This document shows, one piece after another, positions 13,836-25,870 of a DNA stretch of 64,000 nucleotides. Source of the DNA: Flectonema sp. DT1601 (taxonomy: Eukaryota); contig OZ025785.1 in the NCBI GenBank assembly GCA_964019425.1, forward strand, positions 62,001 through 126,000, in the 5' to 3' direction. Below the pieces are notes generated by a model. The model did no database searches, was not told where the DNA came from, and was given only the letters and a program-made list of their open reading frames with translations. Every line of letters starts with the position of its first letter. Positions within the stretch are counted from its first letter, which is position 1. The position numbers and the translations under genes are program-made.

Positions 13836-14475
13836 CATAGAAAGGATTACACAACATTGTTAGGTTAGATTGGTGGAGAGGAAGGAAAGAAAAATAAAAA
13901 AATTCATATTTTACTCATATGAATGAAGCAATTATTTTTGATTCTCCCTCTCGGCGTAAAAATGATCAAATAGTGAAAAGAAATTTTTTTTTTTTTTTTT
14001 TTCCCCTGATAAAAACGGAAACGTAAGTACGCACGCTGCTGCAGCAATTCTAATTCAGATTAGCTTTTTTTTTTGAAAAGCAGACAGAACCCCATCGCAA
14101 CAAGAGGGATGATTAAGTCTCGACTATAAAGAAATCAGTAATTCAAAATCTGAATAGTTTCTCTTCTCTGATCGTCGATACAACAAAAAAAAAAAAAAAA
14201 AAAATGTGACCCTCTACCAGAATCACACGTTAAGCAATCAAGGACAAAAGGTGAAACAGATAATGATGTTTTTTTTTTTTTTTTTTTTTTTCCCTCCTCC
14301 TAGGAGTTTGATAACACAGAATCAACTTACCTCAGATAGAAATGTTTATGTTTATATATTATAATGTACAAGAGGCTCCTCTTGTTCAATTTAAAAAACA
14401 ACAGGGGAAACGTCTACAGAAAAATAATTCTTTAACTTTTTTTTTTTCGATTTTGTTTTTGGTACACAAAATTCG

Positions 14476-14509
<34 letters not shown>

Positions 14510-14515
<6 letters not shown>

Positions 14516-15523
14516 ATCAGAAAAAACCTTAACAGAATCAGTATCCAAAGGATACTGCGGACAATTGACTGCTTCCAAAACAGAAGTCAAGTATTCCGAA
14601 ATGTTATTTGGTATTAATAAATCCTCTCTCTCATACCCAGCACCGATAAGTATTCTAACTTCCTTACCAGCATTGATCACAGCGATATTTTTAAATACGG
14701 AAACCCATGCAGGGATGATAGACAGCATTGGATACTGTTGGTGGTGAGCAACACCGACAACGAGTGTTTTTGAATGTCTTCTGATGTGTTCTAAGAAAGG
14801 CCTGTCAGCCATGAGATTTGATGATTTTGGTGATCTCCCGATGTCGCAAATAGTGATGTCAGTCTCTCCTGCAGTTAATAAAGACGTCCTGTAGTCGAGT
14901 GTGTTTATCTTGTTAGCTTCTGTTGTCGGGAGGTTAAAGTACTTCACAGCAGTCGAAGTAGTTTCAGATTCAAACGCCTCAACATTTTTACTACCAAATA
15001 ATTTTGAAAATAAATTATACAATACTCCACCTCCGATTCCGACCAACCTGACTTTAAACTTCGGCAATACTCTCTTAACTGAAGACACAGTCGGATCGTG
15101 TCCTTCCCATGATAAGATGAGAGCAGCTGAGACTAATTGGAGTAATTCAGATTTTAAAATCGGCACATCAGGATTCTCCATGTGAATGCAGGACCTCATC
15201 GACGTTGGATTCCCAGTTAAAAGCATGAACCTCCAGGTTTTTCCAGTTTTATTCCTAAGGTCAACAACACAACCTGATTCCTCTGTTGACAAAATTCTTG
15301 GATAGTTTACTAGTAGTCGGTGAGCAAAAGGAGGTATCAAATCTTTCTTTTCTCCCTCATACGTCGTATCTGTTGCTATCCATTCAACTAGTTTTCTTGG
15401 AGAACATCCAATCGCATTCAACTGTTGTAACAATTGATCAGCTCGTCTTTTTAAATGTAATAAACATAACAAAACTAACAACAACAATCCACCTCTTCGA
15501 ATCACATTATTTCTAGTTAACAT
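14510..15523 (-). CDS. Signal-anchored SAM-dependent methyltransferase / spermidine-synthase-fold protein
   Basis: 337-aa ORF with an N-terminal hydrophobic stretch (GGLLLLVLLCLL). It has a motif-I-like VRLVGIGGG, an acidic residue after the next strand (VEAFE), AVKYFNL and DITICD. Confidence 0.6.
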
Positions 15524-16665
15524 ATTTGCAGCATAGATGTACTATTATTATTTTTTTTTTTTTTTTGGTAGTTTTTTTTTCTATTGAGGGGGATAAGATA
15601 AAAGGTTAAATAATAATAATTGAAAAAAAAATCAAAAAAAAAAAAAAAAAAATTATATCGTCCCCCCCGTTTCTCTCTCTCTTGTGAGATAACAGCAGGT
15701 GTTAACACAGTGAGGGTAATCTATACATCCATCTATTCTCTCATCAATCAGGTATGATGACGAAGTAAGTTAATCAACTTATTAAATACAAATGCATTCT
15801 CCAGATACATTTGAATAAGGTAATGTTAGTGTAGGTATACATTTACATTTACATATCTCCTTTTCCGTATTGTCATTCAGTGCAGTACTATGAATTGGTG
15901 GGGGGTGAATAAACATGAGACAAGACACAACAACAGTAACTCAACAACAACTGACATTGAACAAAAGACACCACTGCGATGGGGAGTTTGTTTTTTTTTT
16001 TGTGGGGAAATTTTTTTTTTTTTTTTAACCCTCATTCTGGGCTGGGATCATATGTTGCGAGTGGGGTGGAACGTCGTATAGACGAATAGCGACGAAGCAG
16101 GAATGGTGAAATGGGGAAACAAAATATATAAGAAAATTTAGAAAAGAAAAAACAAAAAGAAAGAAAAAACAAAAACGAAATTGGCCTCACGAGTACATAA
16201 ACCAGAGTGCAATGCACTATTTTTTGTTTTTTGTGAACGTACAGATGGCCACTTGTGTTACAACCATTCCCTTTTTTATTTTTTATTTTGCCTCACAGTA
16301 GGTGACACGCGAATGATGTTTTTTGTTTAGGGGAGCCAGAAATCTTTAAGGGAAAAAAAAAAAAAATGCACAGGGGATGCCGGATGAAGGAATAAAAAGA
16401 AACCAGCAAACACACAACACAAAACCAAATTAACTAACAGTACCGGGTGGGGGTGGGAAAATAAAAAATGGGATGGGTGGGGGGAAAGCACCTGTCACTT
16501 CACCTCATTCTCTAGTAGTATTCTACCTTAACAAAGCAACTCATACGAACTACTACTTCACAACAGCCTGTTTAATCTGATTAAGGCTTTTCACTTCAAC
16601 AGTAAGAAGTTTTTGTTTGTTTTCCATCACTAATTAACTATAGTTAGAAAGAATGAAAAGAAAGA

Positions 16666-16696
<31 letters not shown>

Positions 16697-17596
16697 CTAC
16701 TCCCATCAAACCCTCTGTTACTAAAATAATCATTTTGTTCTTTTTCTTCTTTTCCCTTCTCCCCGTAAAGGGGAAGCGATCTTTTTTTTTTTTTTTTTAA
16801 AAATTTTATATTATTTTTTACTCTCTTCCTTACTCTCTGCTTCAGTGTTATGTTACTTTTTGTACATAAAACAAAACTTTCGCAGGGAGGAAAAATAAAA
16901 AATATAAAAAAAATTAAAAAAATTTAAAAAAAAAGGGTAAGTTCAGAGATAAAAGAAATATTTGATTTTTCATTTCTTTCACACGATACCCTTCTTTAGG
17001 TAATTATCAGATTTCAGGGGAGAGAAAAAAAAAGATTAGTTTAGATTATTTAGTTTTAGTTTTCATTCTTATCCTCGCTGTGTAAAAAAACACGTTTTCG
17101 AGATTGGGTAAAAAAGTGGGGAAAGGAAAAAAAAAAAAAGGGAGGGGTGTATGTACCCAATAACCTGTGTGATGAGTTTTTTTATTATCAAAAAAATGAA
17201 GATAGACCGAGGCTGTTCTACTCGGATGGCAGCATCTAAAAAAGTAATCGCCGTAGCTGATTTACTTTTAAACTGTTTGCGTATTTATATTGCCAGTGTG
17301 ATGTGGTTTTAAAAAAAAGAAAAGAGAAATGAGAAATCAATTACCACAAAATACGAAGAACTTCACATACACACGACCAACTCATATCATACATTCAGCC
17401 AGCTAGAAGGGGATGAACCGTAGAGGCTACAAGTAGTATTTCTTTTTTTTTTTTCTTTTCCTTCTCTTCCATAGTGGATAAAACAAAATAATCCCACGAC
17501 ACGTCTTCCCAACACCCGTAACCACATTCACGCATCACACCCGTTAAGTACTTAGTTTTCCACGAGGTAACTTGATACTCACGGGCAGTTCGATTC

Positions 17597-18229
17597 CTAG
17601 CAGCATCCTTTTTTACTGCGACGGGTGGTGTCATCGTCACGGAGTAGAGAGCTAGTTGGTGCTTGGGAAGATTGAGCTTTTTCAGTATTTTTTGATTCAG
17701 ATTGTTTCTTTCTGTGGAGGGCTGTGCGGGCTACTTTTAAAAAAGCTTCCTCAATGAACTCACCATTAGCAGCTGAAGTCTCAAACATCATTACTTCTTC
17801 TTCTTGAGCAAATTGAGAAGCTTCTCCGTGAGTGATTTCTTTATTAGGTAAGTCACACTTGTTTCCTACTAACATCATAGCACAGTTAGGATCAGTGAGA
17901 GACTTCGCTTCTTGAATCCAACGAGGTATGCTCTCAAAGGTTGCTCGTCTGGTCACATCGTAAACCATTAGACATCCCATTGCTCCTCTGTAGTAACTTC
18001 TGGTTACTGAAAGATATCTCTCTTGTCCACTTGTGTCCCAAATTTGAAGTTTCACTCTCTGTCCATCCATGTCGACTACTTTACTACCGAATTCAACTCC
18101 GATAGTGTGACTTGAATTAGAATTGAACTCGTGGTAAATAAATCTGTGAAGCATGCAACTCTTCCCAGTGTTGGCATCTCCAATCACGATGATTTTCATC
18201 AGCAAGTCGTGGTTGTCTCTGGATCCCAT
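17597..18229 (-). CDS. RAB4: Rab GTPase, Rab4-like
   Basis: GDANTGKS, SHTIGVEFGS, KLQIWDTSGQE, SVTRSYYRGA, GNKCD, ETSA and a C-terminal CC prenylation motif. Confidence 0.9.
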   Translation of the reverse strand: MGSRDNHDLLMKIIVIGDANTGKSCMLHRFIYHEFNSNSSHTIGVEFGSKVVDMDGQRVKLQIWDTSGQERYLSVTRSYYRGAMGCLMVYDVTRRATFESIPRWIQEAKSLTDPNCAMMLVGNKCDLPNKEITHGEASQFAQEEEVMMFETSAANGEFIEEAFLKVARTALHRKKQSESKNTEKAQSSQAPTSSLLRDDDTTRRSKKGCC

Positions 18230-18621
18230 ATTATTATTATTTAAAAAAAAAAAAAAAACTCGTGTGTCCTGAAAAAAAAGATATAAATTAAGTTAACCAA
18301 CGTCAGTCAGATCAGAAATCACTCTCTCTCTCGCTGTTCTCGTTAAGTTTTGTGTTACTGTTGGACTTGATTGGTAGTAATTAAATAAAACACATCTTAC
18401 AAAGTATAAAAAATTAAACTAAAACTAAGAGAGAAGCATACAGTAAGCTATAAAAATATCTATACAAAAGAGAGAGAGATATCACCAACACCAATAGTGA
18501 AGAATGATGTTATAACAAGACAGACTTGTGACTAGTTAGACTTTGAAAGTATCACAGAGCTGAGTACTCATTCTGATCGCTAAAGGTTGTCTCTCTTCCC
18601 GAAGAGGACTATTTCTTCAGT

Positions 18622-20964
18622 TCAGATTTTTTCCCAATTCAGTGACCTCTCGACATGGACATCAGCAAGTGGAGTGTTGAATGAGACAACTCGACTCGTG
18701 TCACACAAAGTGGGTGAAGAATTAAAACTACCTCCAGCCAGAGGTGGCTTCGTTGCAGACGATCCCAGCGGTGACGATGGAGTTGGTGTGACAATTCGAC
18801 TCGAACTATGCAATGTGCGTGAAGAATTAAAACCACCTCCAGGTAGAGGCAGCTTGGCTGCAGACGATCCCAGCGGTGACGTAGGTGTCGGTGTGACAAC
18901 CCGACCCGTACCATGAAGAGTGGGTGAAGAATTAAAACTACCCCCAGCCAGAGGTATCTTCGTTGCAGACGATCCCAGCGGTGACGTAGGTGTCGGTGTG
19001 ACAACCCGACCCGTACCATGAAGAGTGGGTGAAGAATTAAAACTACCCCCAGCCAGAGGTATCTTCGTTGCAGACGATCCCAGCGGTGACGATGGAGTTG
19101 GTGCTGTGAAAATAACTTTCTTAACACTGCCAGATCCCAGTGGAGTCGGACCACACATCGTAGAAGAAGAACTGACGCTGACTGTAGTCGCCTGATAGTC
19201 ATCAGGTGTTTGTACAGATGATAAACTTTTTATTACTATTGAAGAAGTGATGGTTTTTATTTTAGTAACAGTTTTCGGGGCGATCGGTATCTTCGGAGCT
19301 GTGCTACCCCTCGGGAATGCGATGTCGACGGGGTTACTAATTACCTTAACTAAAGGAGGAATGACACTTCCACCCAACCTGGTCCAACAGAGTTCATGAG
19401 GAGGACAATACCAACCTGCGTAGTAAAGAACATCTTCGCTACAACTGCGGCGGTGATTCAGAGGAATGTCAGCGTTCGGTTTGATAACTAACACTTCAGG
19501 ACAACATATGTCTCGATACCTTCCTAATAGGAGGATGATCGCAAGTACAGCAACAGAACCTGATATAAAAAATAATAAGAAATAATAATTATACGCACCA
19601 GCAGGTATATCCATCACTGTAGGCGTCAGTGATTCAACTTCCTGAGGCATTCCAACCGCAGGAATGACTGGTTCAGGTGTGGTGTTGTCAATGATGGTAT
19701 CGCTAACCATAATAGCTGGACCTCTGATAGTCGGAATCGATAAATAAATCCATCCAAAAGGTGGGTTTTGAGTTCCCTCAACAAGCAGTTTTTCATAACC
19801 CTTTCTCGGACCTTTAAACTGCAGCGTTATAACAGCTTTTACTGATTCATCATTCTGAGTCTTAACATGTCTGTCAGATGAGGAATCGATCAAAGATGAT
19901 AAAGTGTTTACTGTTCCTGGTGGTATTGACATCGTTGTTTCTAACAGTCTGCAAAATGAATGTGTTTCAGATTTGATTTTTTCAGAGGATTTGATTTCCA
20001 CAATCAATCTAACTGCTGGTCCGTATACTCCAGGAGGTTGACATCCTCCTCCAGTTAATTTATTAAAAACACATCCAGCGACTGATTCACATTCTGATAA
20101 AGTTACTAAACCAGAACAGTACGGAATCACTGCACAATTATTTAGAGGAATATTCCACATGCAATTTGATGATTTATAGCAATCGTTCATTGATAGCTGA
20201 GGACATTGTTTTATTTCAGAACAGGAATTTGAATATTGTTGCCATGAGCAAATCGTACGATCATCGTAACATTCTTGTTCTGATTTTGAACTACACAGCT
20301 CAACGGTGTTATGACACGTGTTTTGTGACCAGGTGCATGGTGAAGCAAAAATACACATCCAAGGCTCAGAGTAAGAACTACAATGAGAAACACAATGATC
20401 GATATTCACATCATAATAACACGATCCTGAGCAGGTATCACGTGGATTGAAATCAGAGCTACAGTGAGATTCTACACACGTCACGTTATCGAAATCAACT
20501 GGAGACGAATCTTTTATTTCACAAAAACCATCTGATAAACAATCAGAAGATGTCATTCTATATAAACATTTTGATTCACAGCATTGTAATTTATCACAAG
20601 TTTGGTTATCACAAATAGTCTGCTCAGGGTTTGATACTAATTGTTGATTTGGTTGTTCCGTACAATCAGAAAACGATTCACATGTTTTCAACACACATGA
20701 AAAGTCATCATTCATAATAAAAGTACCATCGTCTCGACACGTTAGTGTTGTTGATATGTTGAGCAATCCATTCTCACACCAAATATCACAATTATCACCA
20801 GTTGACTTCCCTAAGCAATTCGTAAGTAGTCCTTCTAATGGTGGTGTGGATGTCAAACAAATATTAGCAACACAGCATCCAACATCATTATTTGAATGTC
20901 CTTCATCATCACACGGAGGACACATCGACATCGTCAATAATGGAAAAAATAACAACAACAACAT
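18622..20964 (-). CDS. Cys-rich single-pass membrane protein with an S/T/P-rich repeat tail
   Basis: Likely start is ATG 20964 (MLLLLFFPLLTMS, signal-peptide-like). It has many Cys repeats of the C-x-W-x-C type, a TM segment YYFLLFFISGSVAVLAIILLLG and a cytoplasmic repeat tail. Confidence 0.8.
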   Translation of the reverse strand: MLLLLFFPLLTMSMCPPCDDEGHSNNDVGCCVANICLTSTPPLEGLLTNCLGKSTGDNCDIWCENGLLNISTTLTCRDDGTFIMNDDFSCVLKTCESFSDCTEQPNQQLVSNPEQTICDNQTCDKLQCCESKCLYRMTSSDCLSDGFCEIKDSSPVDFDNVTCVESHCSSDFNPRDTCSGSCYYDVNIDHCVSHCSSYSEPWMCIFASPCTWSQNTCHNTVELCSSKSEQECYDDRTICSWQQYSNSCSEIKQCPQLSMNDCYKSSNCMWNIPLNNCAVIPYCSGLVTLSECESVAGCVFNKLTGGGCQPPGVYGPAVRLIVEIKSSEKIKSETHSFCRLLETTMSIPPGTVNTLSSLIDSSSDRHVKTQNDESVKAVITLQFKGPRKGYEKLLVEGTQNPPFGWIYLSIPTIRGPAIMVSDTIIDNTTPEPVIPAVGMPQEVESLTPTVMDIPAGAYNYYFLLFFISGSVAVLAIILLLGRYRDICCPEVLVIKPNADIPLNHRRSCSEDVLYYAGWYCPPHELCWTRLGGSVIPPLVKVISNPVDIAFPRGSTAPKIPIAPKTVTKIKTITSSIVIKSLSSVQTPDDYQATTVSVSSSSTMCGPTPLGSGSVKKVIFTAPTPSSPLGSSATKIPLAGGSFNSSPTLHGTGRVVTPTPTSPLGSSATKIPLAGGSFNSSPTLHGTGRVVTPTPTSPLGSSAAKLPLPGGGFNSSRTLHSSSRIVTPTPSSPLGSSATKPPLAGGSFNSSPTLCDTSRVVSFNTPLADVHVERSLNWEKI
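18690..19105. repeat. Coding tandem repeat, 105-bp (35-aa) unit, about 4 copies
   Basis: gatcccagcggtgacg recurs at 18761, 18866, 18971 and 19076. The unit encodes SPLGSSATKIPLAGGSFNSSPTLHGTGRVVTPTPT. Confidence 0.9.
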
Positions 20965-21493
20965 GTTGTTTACATTATTTTTATTATTTTCAATAATTTT
21001 TTTTTTCTTTTTTTTTTGTTTCCCCCCACTCACATCCCTGTCAAAAATGATAAAAATGAAATATTTTTTTACGAACATCAAATACGACGACAACACAGCT
21101 GCTGTGGAAGAATGAACCAGCTCCGATATTTTTTTTCTTTTTTTTTTTTTTTTTTTTTCTACCAACGTAGTCAGAAAAAGAGAATCAATTCAGATTGAAA
21201 GACCACCAATGTCATAACTTTTGTCGCTAATCTGAAACGGTTATTTTTTTTTTTTTTTTCCCCGTAAGCTGCATTAGATACTACGGACCAGTCAGGATGT
21301 TGAATTCGAGAGATTTCAACAACAAAAAAAAATAAAAAATAGAACAAATAAAATATATTGGCGCGAACGCCTGAGCTGCTTGGTTGGTGTGGAAAAGGAA
21401 CACACCACCGTGCAGAATTGAGAAAAGAAGAAGAAAAAAAATAGTTTTTTTTTTTTTTTTTTTTCTCAGACAAAAAAAAGAAGTAACTTCAGG

Positions 21494-24400
21494 TCAAGGT
21501 TTATTTACTCTAAACCGTTTTCCTATGTCCTTCACATCACACTTCAGGAATTCCGATATTATTTCTTCAAGACCGCCTCGTAGCTGAACAGCTTTCTCAG
21601 TTTGAAAATGCATCGGCGAGACTTCAATTTCATCAAATTGATTATCACCCGCACCAATCTCGATATCACAGTCGATAAAATCATTTACAATTTTCTTATT
21701 AATTCCGCTGTCGTTCGTTAGAATCCCACGAATGTCGCTAATTGGCGGAGCACAACTTATTGACAAATCTTCAAAGAGTTCTTCACCAGAAGGTTTACTA
21801 CGAAATAACCAAATTAGTAACTTCGACATCGTCGCTTTTGAATTATTTGGGTTGCTCAGCGTCGCAGGAAACACTGAACAGAGTGAGCAATATCTCGTAA
21901 TCCTGGTACCTTTGTGCTCTTTAATCACCATCGGGAATAAACCAATCGAAATACTACCGATGTCTCCGTCGTAGTCGTCAGTGTGATTTTCCAAAGGGAG
22001 TATTAAAGGACTTAATACGCTTGAGTCTTCAATTTTGATATCAACTTCAGTATCTTGCGATTGAAATATAACATAAGGAGATGTAATGGTTACAGAACGG
22101 GGTGGATTCTTATACGTGACATCTCTCCAACACTTTGATAATTGTGATATCAAATAGAGTTCTACAGGGAATTGATATGGACCTCCGTCTTCTCGAATTG
22201 CTTGAGGCTTTACAATTATTTCATCATTCGAAACATCAGTGCTTTGAATATTAAATGGGAACACCCTTCCTCGATGATTACAATTTCTTAATGTCGCAGC
22301 AACCGAAGGAATCATGTCAGGTAGCTTTACTGTGAATGAGACCTCATCTGGTTTTCGATTTAAACAAGGAACAATATTAACAACATGTGGTATAGATAAT
22401 GAAGACTGAATAATCATTAATAAAGCAATGTCATTATCCGTTGCAATGATGTTTTCAGATCGAATTGCGCGAGTGATATCAGAAAGTTTCATTTTTTTTG
22501 AAGAATTAGCGACCAACCCCTCCGGTAAAGATGGCAATAACGGTCTGTATCTGTGTAAATGATACCTCAACTGTGCTACTGTTAGTTCAAGTTGAACGAC
22601 ATTCTTTTTTCCAAAATAATTTCTGTCACACCAGGAAGTTAATTTATCGTCATCGTCATCGATCTCCCTCAACTCGTACATTATATTTAACAACACCGCG
22701 ATGTCTGATGGGAATCCTTGAGACCAATTAAGCCTAGTCTCACCTTGTCTCCTTACAGCATCATGGTATGCAGCAGCACCAACATTCTCACCATCATCAA
22801 AACTAATACTACAAGACGCTACTGCAGCTAAATCAACTGCGATTTTACCTAAACGAATATCAACTAGCGATGCTCTGGTTACTAATCTTCCGTACAAGAT
22901 GTCAACTGGTAAATTGTGTAAAATCTTTCCCAACGGTAACAATGAATACTTCATACGAGAATCACAGTGTAGAATATTGTGATTAGCGAGAGTTCTTAAC
23001 CCCTCATCAATCTTCTCAAAGGAAGGAGTTTCCATACATGTTTTAATAAGCTCAATTGGATCTTCATTCGTAGCGCTGTATTCAGTCTTGTTGAAGACTC
23101 GAAGTACCATTTCGTGAAGTGAAGTTAGCTGAATTTCTGCTTTTTTAAAAGGTTCAGCAGCATCGAATTCAGCTTTTGTTACCATTCTATAACAAGTACC
23201 AGGACAGACTCTTCCAACACGACCTGCACGTTGTTGACAAGAATCTTGTGATACTCTAACCTGAACAGTTTGCTTGAAAGGAATCCCTCCTCTCGAAAGC
23301 TGCTTACTCGATGCTCGTAACTGCACACAGCTGTCAACAACAATAGTTGCATCTGATATTGTTATACTTGATTCGGCTACGTCAGTGCTTAAGATTACCC
23401 GATATGGAGATCTGTCTTTAATTGCTTTTGCTTGTTTTTCACCACTCAGTTTTGAGTGTAATTTAAAAATTGAAACATCTGAATACATTGATAAGTAATC
23501 ATCTAAGTATAGTTGAAAATCCTTAATTGTTCCCCAACTGGGGAGGAAGACAAGTATTACTGTCGGGTTATCCATATCTCTATTTCTAATTATCAGATCT
23601 TTGACGAAAGTTTTGATGAAGTTTTCTCTTGTCCTCCACAGCACTCCTGTAAACCTCGGAGGGGGTTCTAAGACATTTCTTGCAGACGTGTGATCGTCTA
23701 AATAGGTAATCTCAAGTGGGAAGGAATGTCCTTTTAGAGCAAACGATCCCAAACACTCTTTCTTAAACCACGGATGGTCATCCCAAGAACATATTCTTGA
23801 CTCAATATAAGACACTAAAGCGTCATGAATCCGCTTTAGCGTCGCTGACATCAAGACAAGTGTCTTCCCAGAACGTAAAAAGTCTGGACGTAAAAGTACA
23901 GCCATAAGCAAATAACAATCAATACTCCTTTCATGGACCTCGTCCAGGACGATGTAGTCCCAGTTCAGGTCCGTTTTATGAATCAATTGTTTTACCATAA
24001 TACCTGTAGTGCAGTAGACAATTGGTGTAGCTTCAGTACATGTACACTGTTGTCCAATGTGATACCCAACAATATTGCTGTATCCACTTTCTTCATCCCA
24101 AGGCATCTGTCTAGCTATTCTCTCTTGAAGTACTCTTGAACTTGCTTCTGTGCAAGCTATTCTACGAGGCTGAACGCACATAATCCTTCCATTGTACTTC
24201 GCTGCCGGACCAATATGACCCAGTCCTGTTGTGTATCTGTTTTTATATCTAATTTGATCATACAGCATTTGAGGTATTTGTGTTGTCTTACCAAGACCAG
24301 TTGAACCACTAATTGTTATCACTTTGTATTGAGTTACCGTTGATCCTTGTGATTGAAACTTAACGTCTTCTGATCCCCATGTTGCTTTCAGTAGGCTCTT

Positions 24401-25246
24401 TAAACTTTCATTCGCTAAGAGAGTATCTAACGATTGAGAACTCATCCCAGAACGGTATTTTTCATAAGTGAAATCAATAAAATCATCTAATCCGCTCTTA
24501 AGCTCTTCAGTCGATCGAATGACTACTACAGGATGAGACTTGTCACCTCTCTCTTTTTCCGCATGAAAATCAGATCCAAGCGTGTCTGCATACTTGCTGA
24601 GAGTATCAGTTTGGTAGCGTAGAGATTGATTTTTAAAAAATGAATTTAAAAATACATTTCGGTAATATTTTCGACTCAGACTTGAGGAGTCCCAGGCGAT
24701 AACATGAGCTGAAACGCTTGTTGGAGATATTTTAAAGTAACTTTTAACACAGCTGGCGAAATGCTCAACGTGATCCCCGTCAGAAGACAGCAGAACAACT
24801 TTCATATGAGAAACACCCTTTAGGTTTCTGTGTTTCATTAACAAAGCCTGGATACGAGCGTCTACGTGACCAGTTTGACGACCAGCAATGTTAGCGTAAG
24901 TGTCTAGTGTGAAAAACTTATCAATCCCTCTCTCACAGAGATCGTTTTCAACAGTTTTTGAATCCACCCAATACCATTCATGAGTCGTCTCTTCAGTTTC
25001 ATTCTTTGATATCATCGGACCACTTTGAGCTATTGTTAAGTATTCATTAAGAACTTCACCAGTTAACCATTTAGGTTCTGAGTTTAGGATATGAGCACCA
25101 TCAACGATAACAATACTACTCGTTTCATCTCTTTCTACGTAAGTCTTCTGCACAAAATGACCTTCTTGTACTTCACTGCGATACGGAATTGGTTCCACTG
25201 GTAGTACTTGACCATGCAATTGCTGGTCATCATTTCTTGTGGTCAT
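21494..25246 (-). CDS. DEAH/RHA RNA helicase (TDRD9/spindle-E-like motifs) with an N-terminal NYN (PIN-fold) nuclease domain
   Basis: Helicase motifs: GSTGLGKTTQIPQ, QPRRIA, DEVHER, LMSAT, LVFLP, STDVAESSIT, QRAGRVGR, and an HA2-like LGKILHNLPVD. The N-terminus has NYN-like VIVDG, GHVDA, VVLLSSDGD and HVIAWDSSSLSR. Confidence 0.88.
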   Translation of the reverse strand: MTTRNDDQQLHGQVLPVEPIPYRSEVQEGHFVQKTYVERDETSSIVIVDGAHILNSEPKWLTGEVLNEYLTIAQSGPMISKNETEETTHEWYWVDSKTVENDLCERGIDKFFTLDTYANIAGRQTGHVDARIQALLMKHRNLKGVSHMKVVLLSSDGDHVEHFASCVKSYFKISPTSVSAHVIAWDSSSLSRKYYRNVFLNSFFKNQSLRYQTDTLSKYADTLGSDFHAEKERGDKSHPVVVIRSTEELKSGLDDFIDFTYEKYRSGMSSQSLDTLLANESLKSLLKATWGSEDVKFQSQGSTVTQYKVITISGSTGLGKTTQIPQMLYDQIRYKNRYTTGLGHIGPAAKYNGRIMCVQPRRIACTEASSRVLQERIARQMPWDEESGYSNIVGYHIGQQCTCTEATPIVYCTTGIMVKQLIHKTDLNWDYIVLDEVHERSIDCYLLMAVLLRPDFLRSGKTLVLMSATLKRIHDALVSYIESRICSWDDHPWFKKECLGSFALKGHSFPLEITYLDDHTSARNVLEPPPRFTGVLWRTRENFIKTFVKDLIIRNRDMDNPTVILVFLPSWGTIKDFQLYLDDYLSMYSDVSIFKLHSKLSGEKQAKAIKDRSPYRVILSTDVAESSITISDATIVVDSCVQLRASSKQLSRGGIPFKQTVQVRVSQDSCQQRAGRVGRVCPGTCYRMVTKAEFDAAEPFKKAEIQLTSLHEMVLRVFNKTEYSATNEDPIELIKTCMETPSFEKIDEGLRTLANHNILHCDSRMKYSLLPLGKILHNLPVDILYGRLVTRASLVDIRLGKIAVDLAAVASCSISFDDGENVGAAAYHDAVRRQGETRLNWSQGFPSDIAVLLNIMYELREIDDDDDKLTSWCDRNYFGKKNVVQLELTVAQLRYHLHRYRPLLPSLPEGLVANSSKKMKLSDITRAIRSENIIATDNDIALLMIIQSSLSIPHVVNIVPCLNRKPDEVSFTVKLPDMIPSVAATLRNCNHRGRVFPFNIQSTDVSNDEIIVKPQAIREDGGPYQFPVELYLISQLSKCWRDVTYKNPPRSVTITSPYVIFQSQDTEVDIKIEDSSVLSPLILPLENHTDDYDGDIGSISIGLFPMVIKEHKGTRITRYCSLCSVFPATLSNPNNSKATMSKLLIWLFRSKPSGEELFEDLSISCAPPISDIRGILTNDSGINKKIVNDFIDCDIEIGAGDNQFDEIEVSPMHFQTEKAVQLRGGLEEIISEFLKCDVKDIGKRFRVNKP

Positions 25247-25870
25247 GGGTTGCCTGTGAAAATAAATTCATTCTAAGCAAGCAAAAAACAAACAACACTA
25301 AAGTAAGTAAAGAATACATCAACGGTTACGTTCTCTCTTTTTATTTTTTTTCAGAAACAACAATCAAGACATAATGTAAATCTGAAAGGAAAGGAATGAC
25401 ATCAACGATAAATAAATAATAAGATACAATCTGGTAACCGTTCACTTAATAGTTGACATCAATTTAAATGACATTTGACATCCTGGTGAGGTTCCGTAAG
25501 AGATTTATTACGAAGTTCTAAAGAATAGTGCATTGCTATATCTGGATTCTCTCTTTGTATCTATGGGTAGGTACAAAATAGTGAAAACAATAATATGAAT
25601 TACTTTTCATACCAAATCTATCCCCCGAATACCAGTTGTGAAACTTCATCCTTACGACAGCACCGCTTTCTTCCAAAACCCACTACATCTTCTAGTGCTG
25701 CATACCACAAGAAGCTTTTTACATTAGTCAGAGATACTGAATTCGGATTTTCTGTGTAGAGCTAAAAGGAGTCTAAGTTAAATATTACCCCCATTAATGA
25801 TTAATTTAGAGAGAAAATGAAATAATAGTTTCAAAAGCAGCCATATAATAAACAGAGATGAGTAGCCCTG

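Noticed and set aside
20965..21165. N-terminal extensions given by the ORF track (also 38701-38841 for LRR copy 3)
   Set aside because: They start at non-ATG codons and run through poly(A) or the conserved leader. Homology and the signal peptide point to ATG 20964 and ATG 38700.
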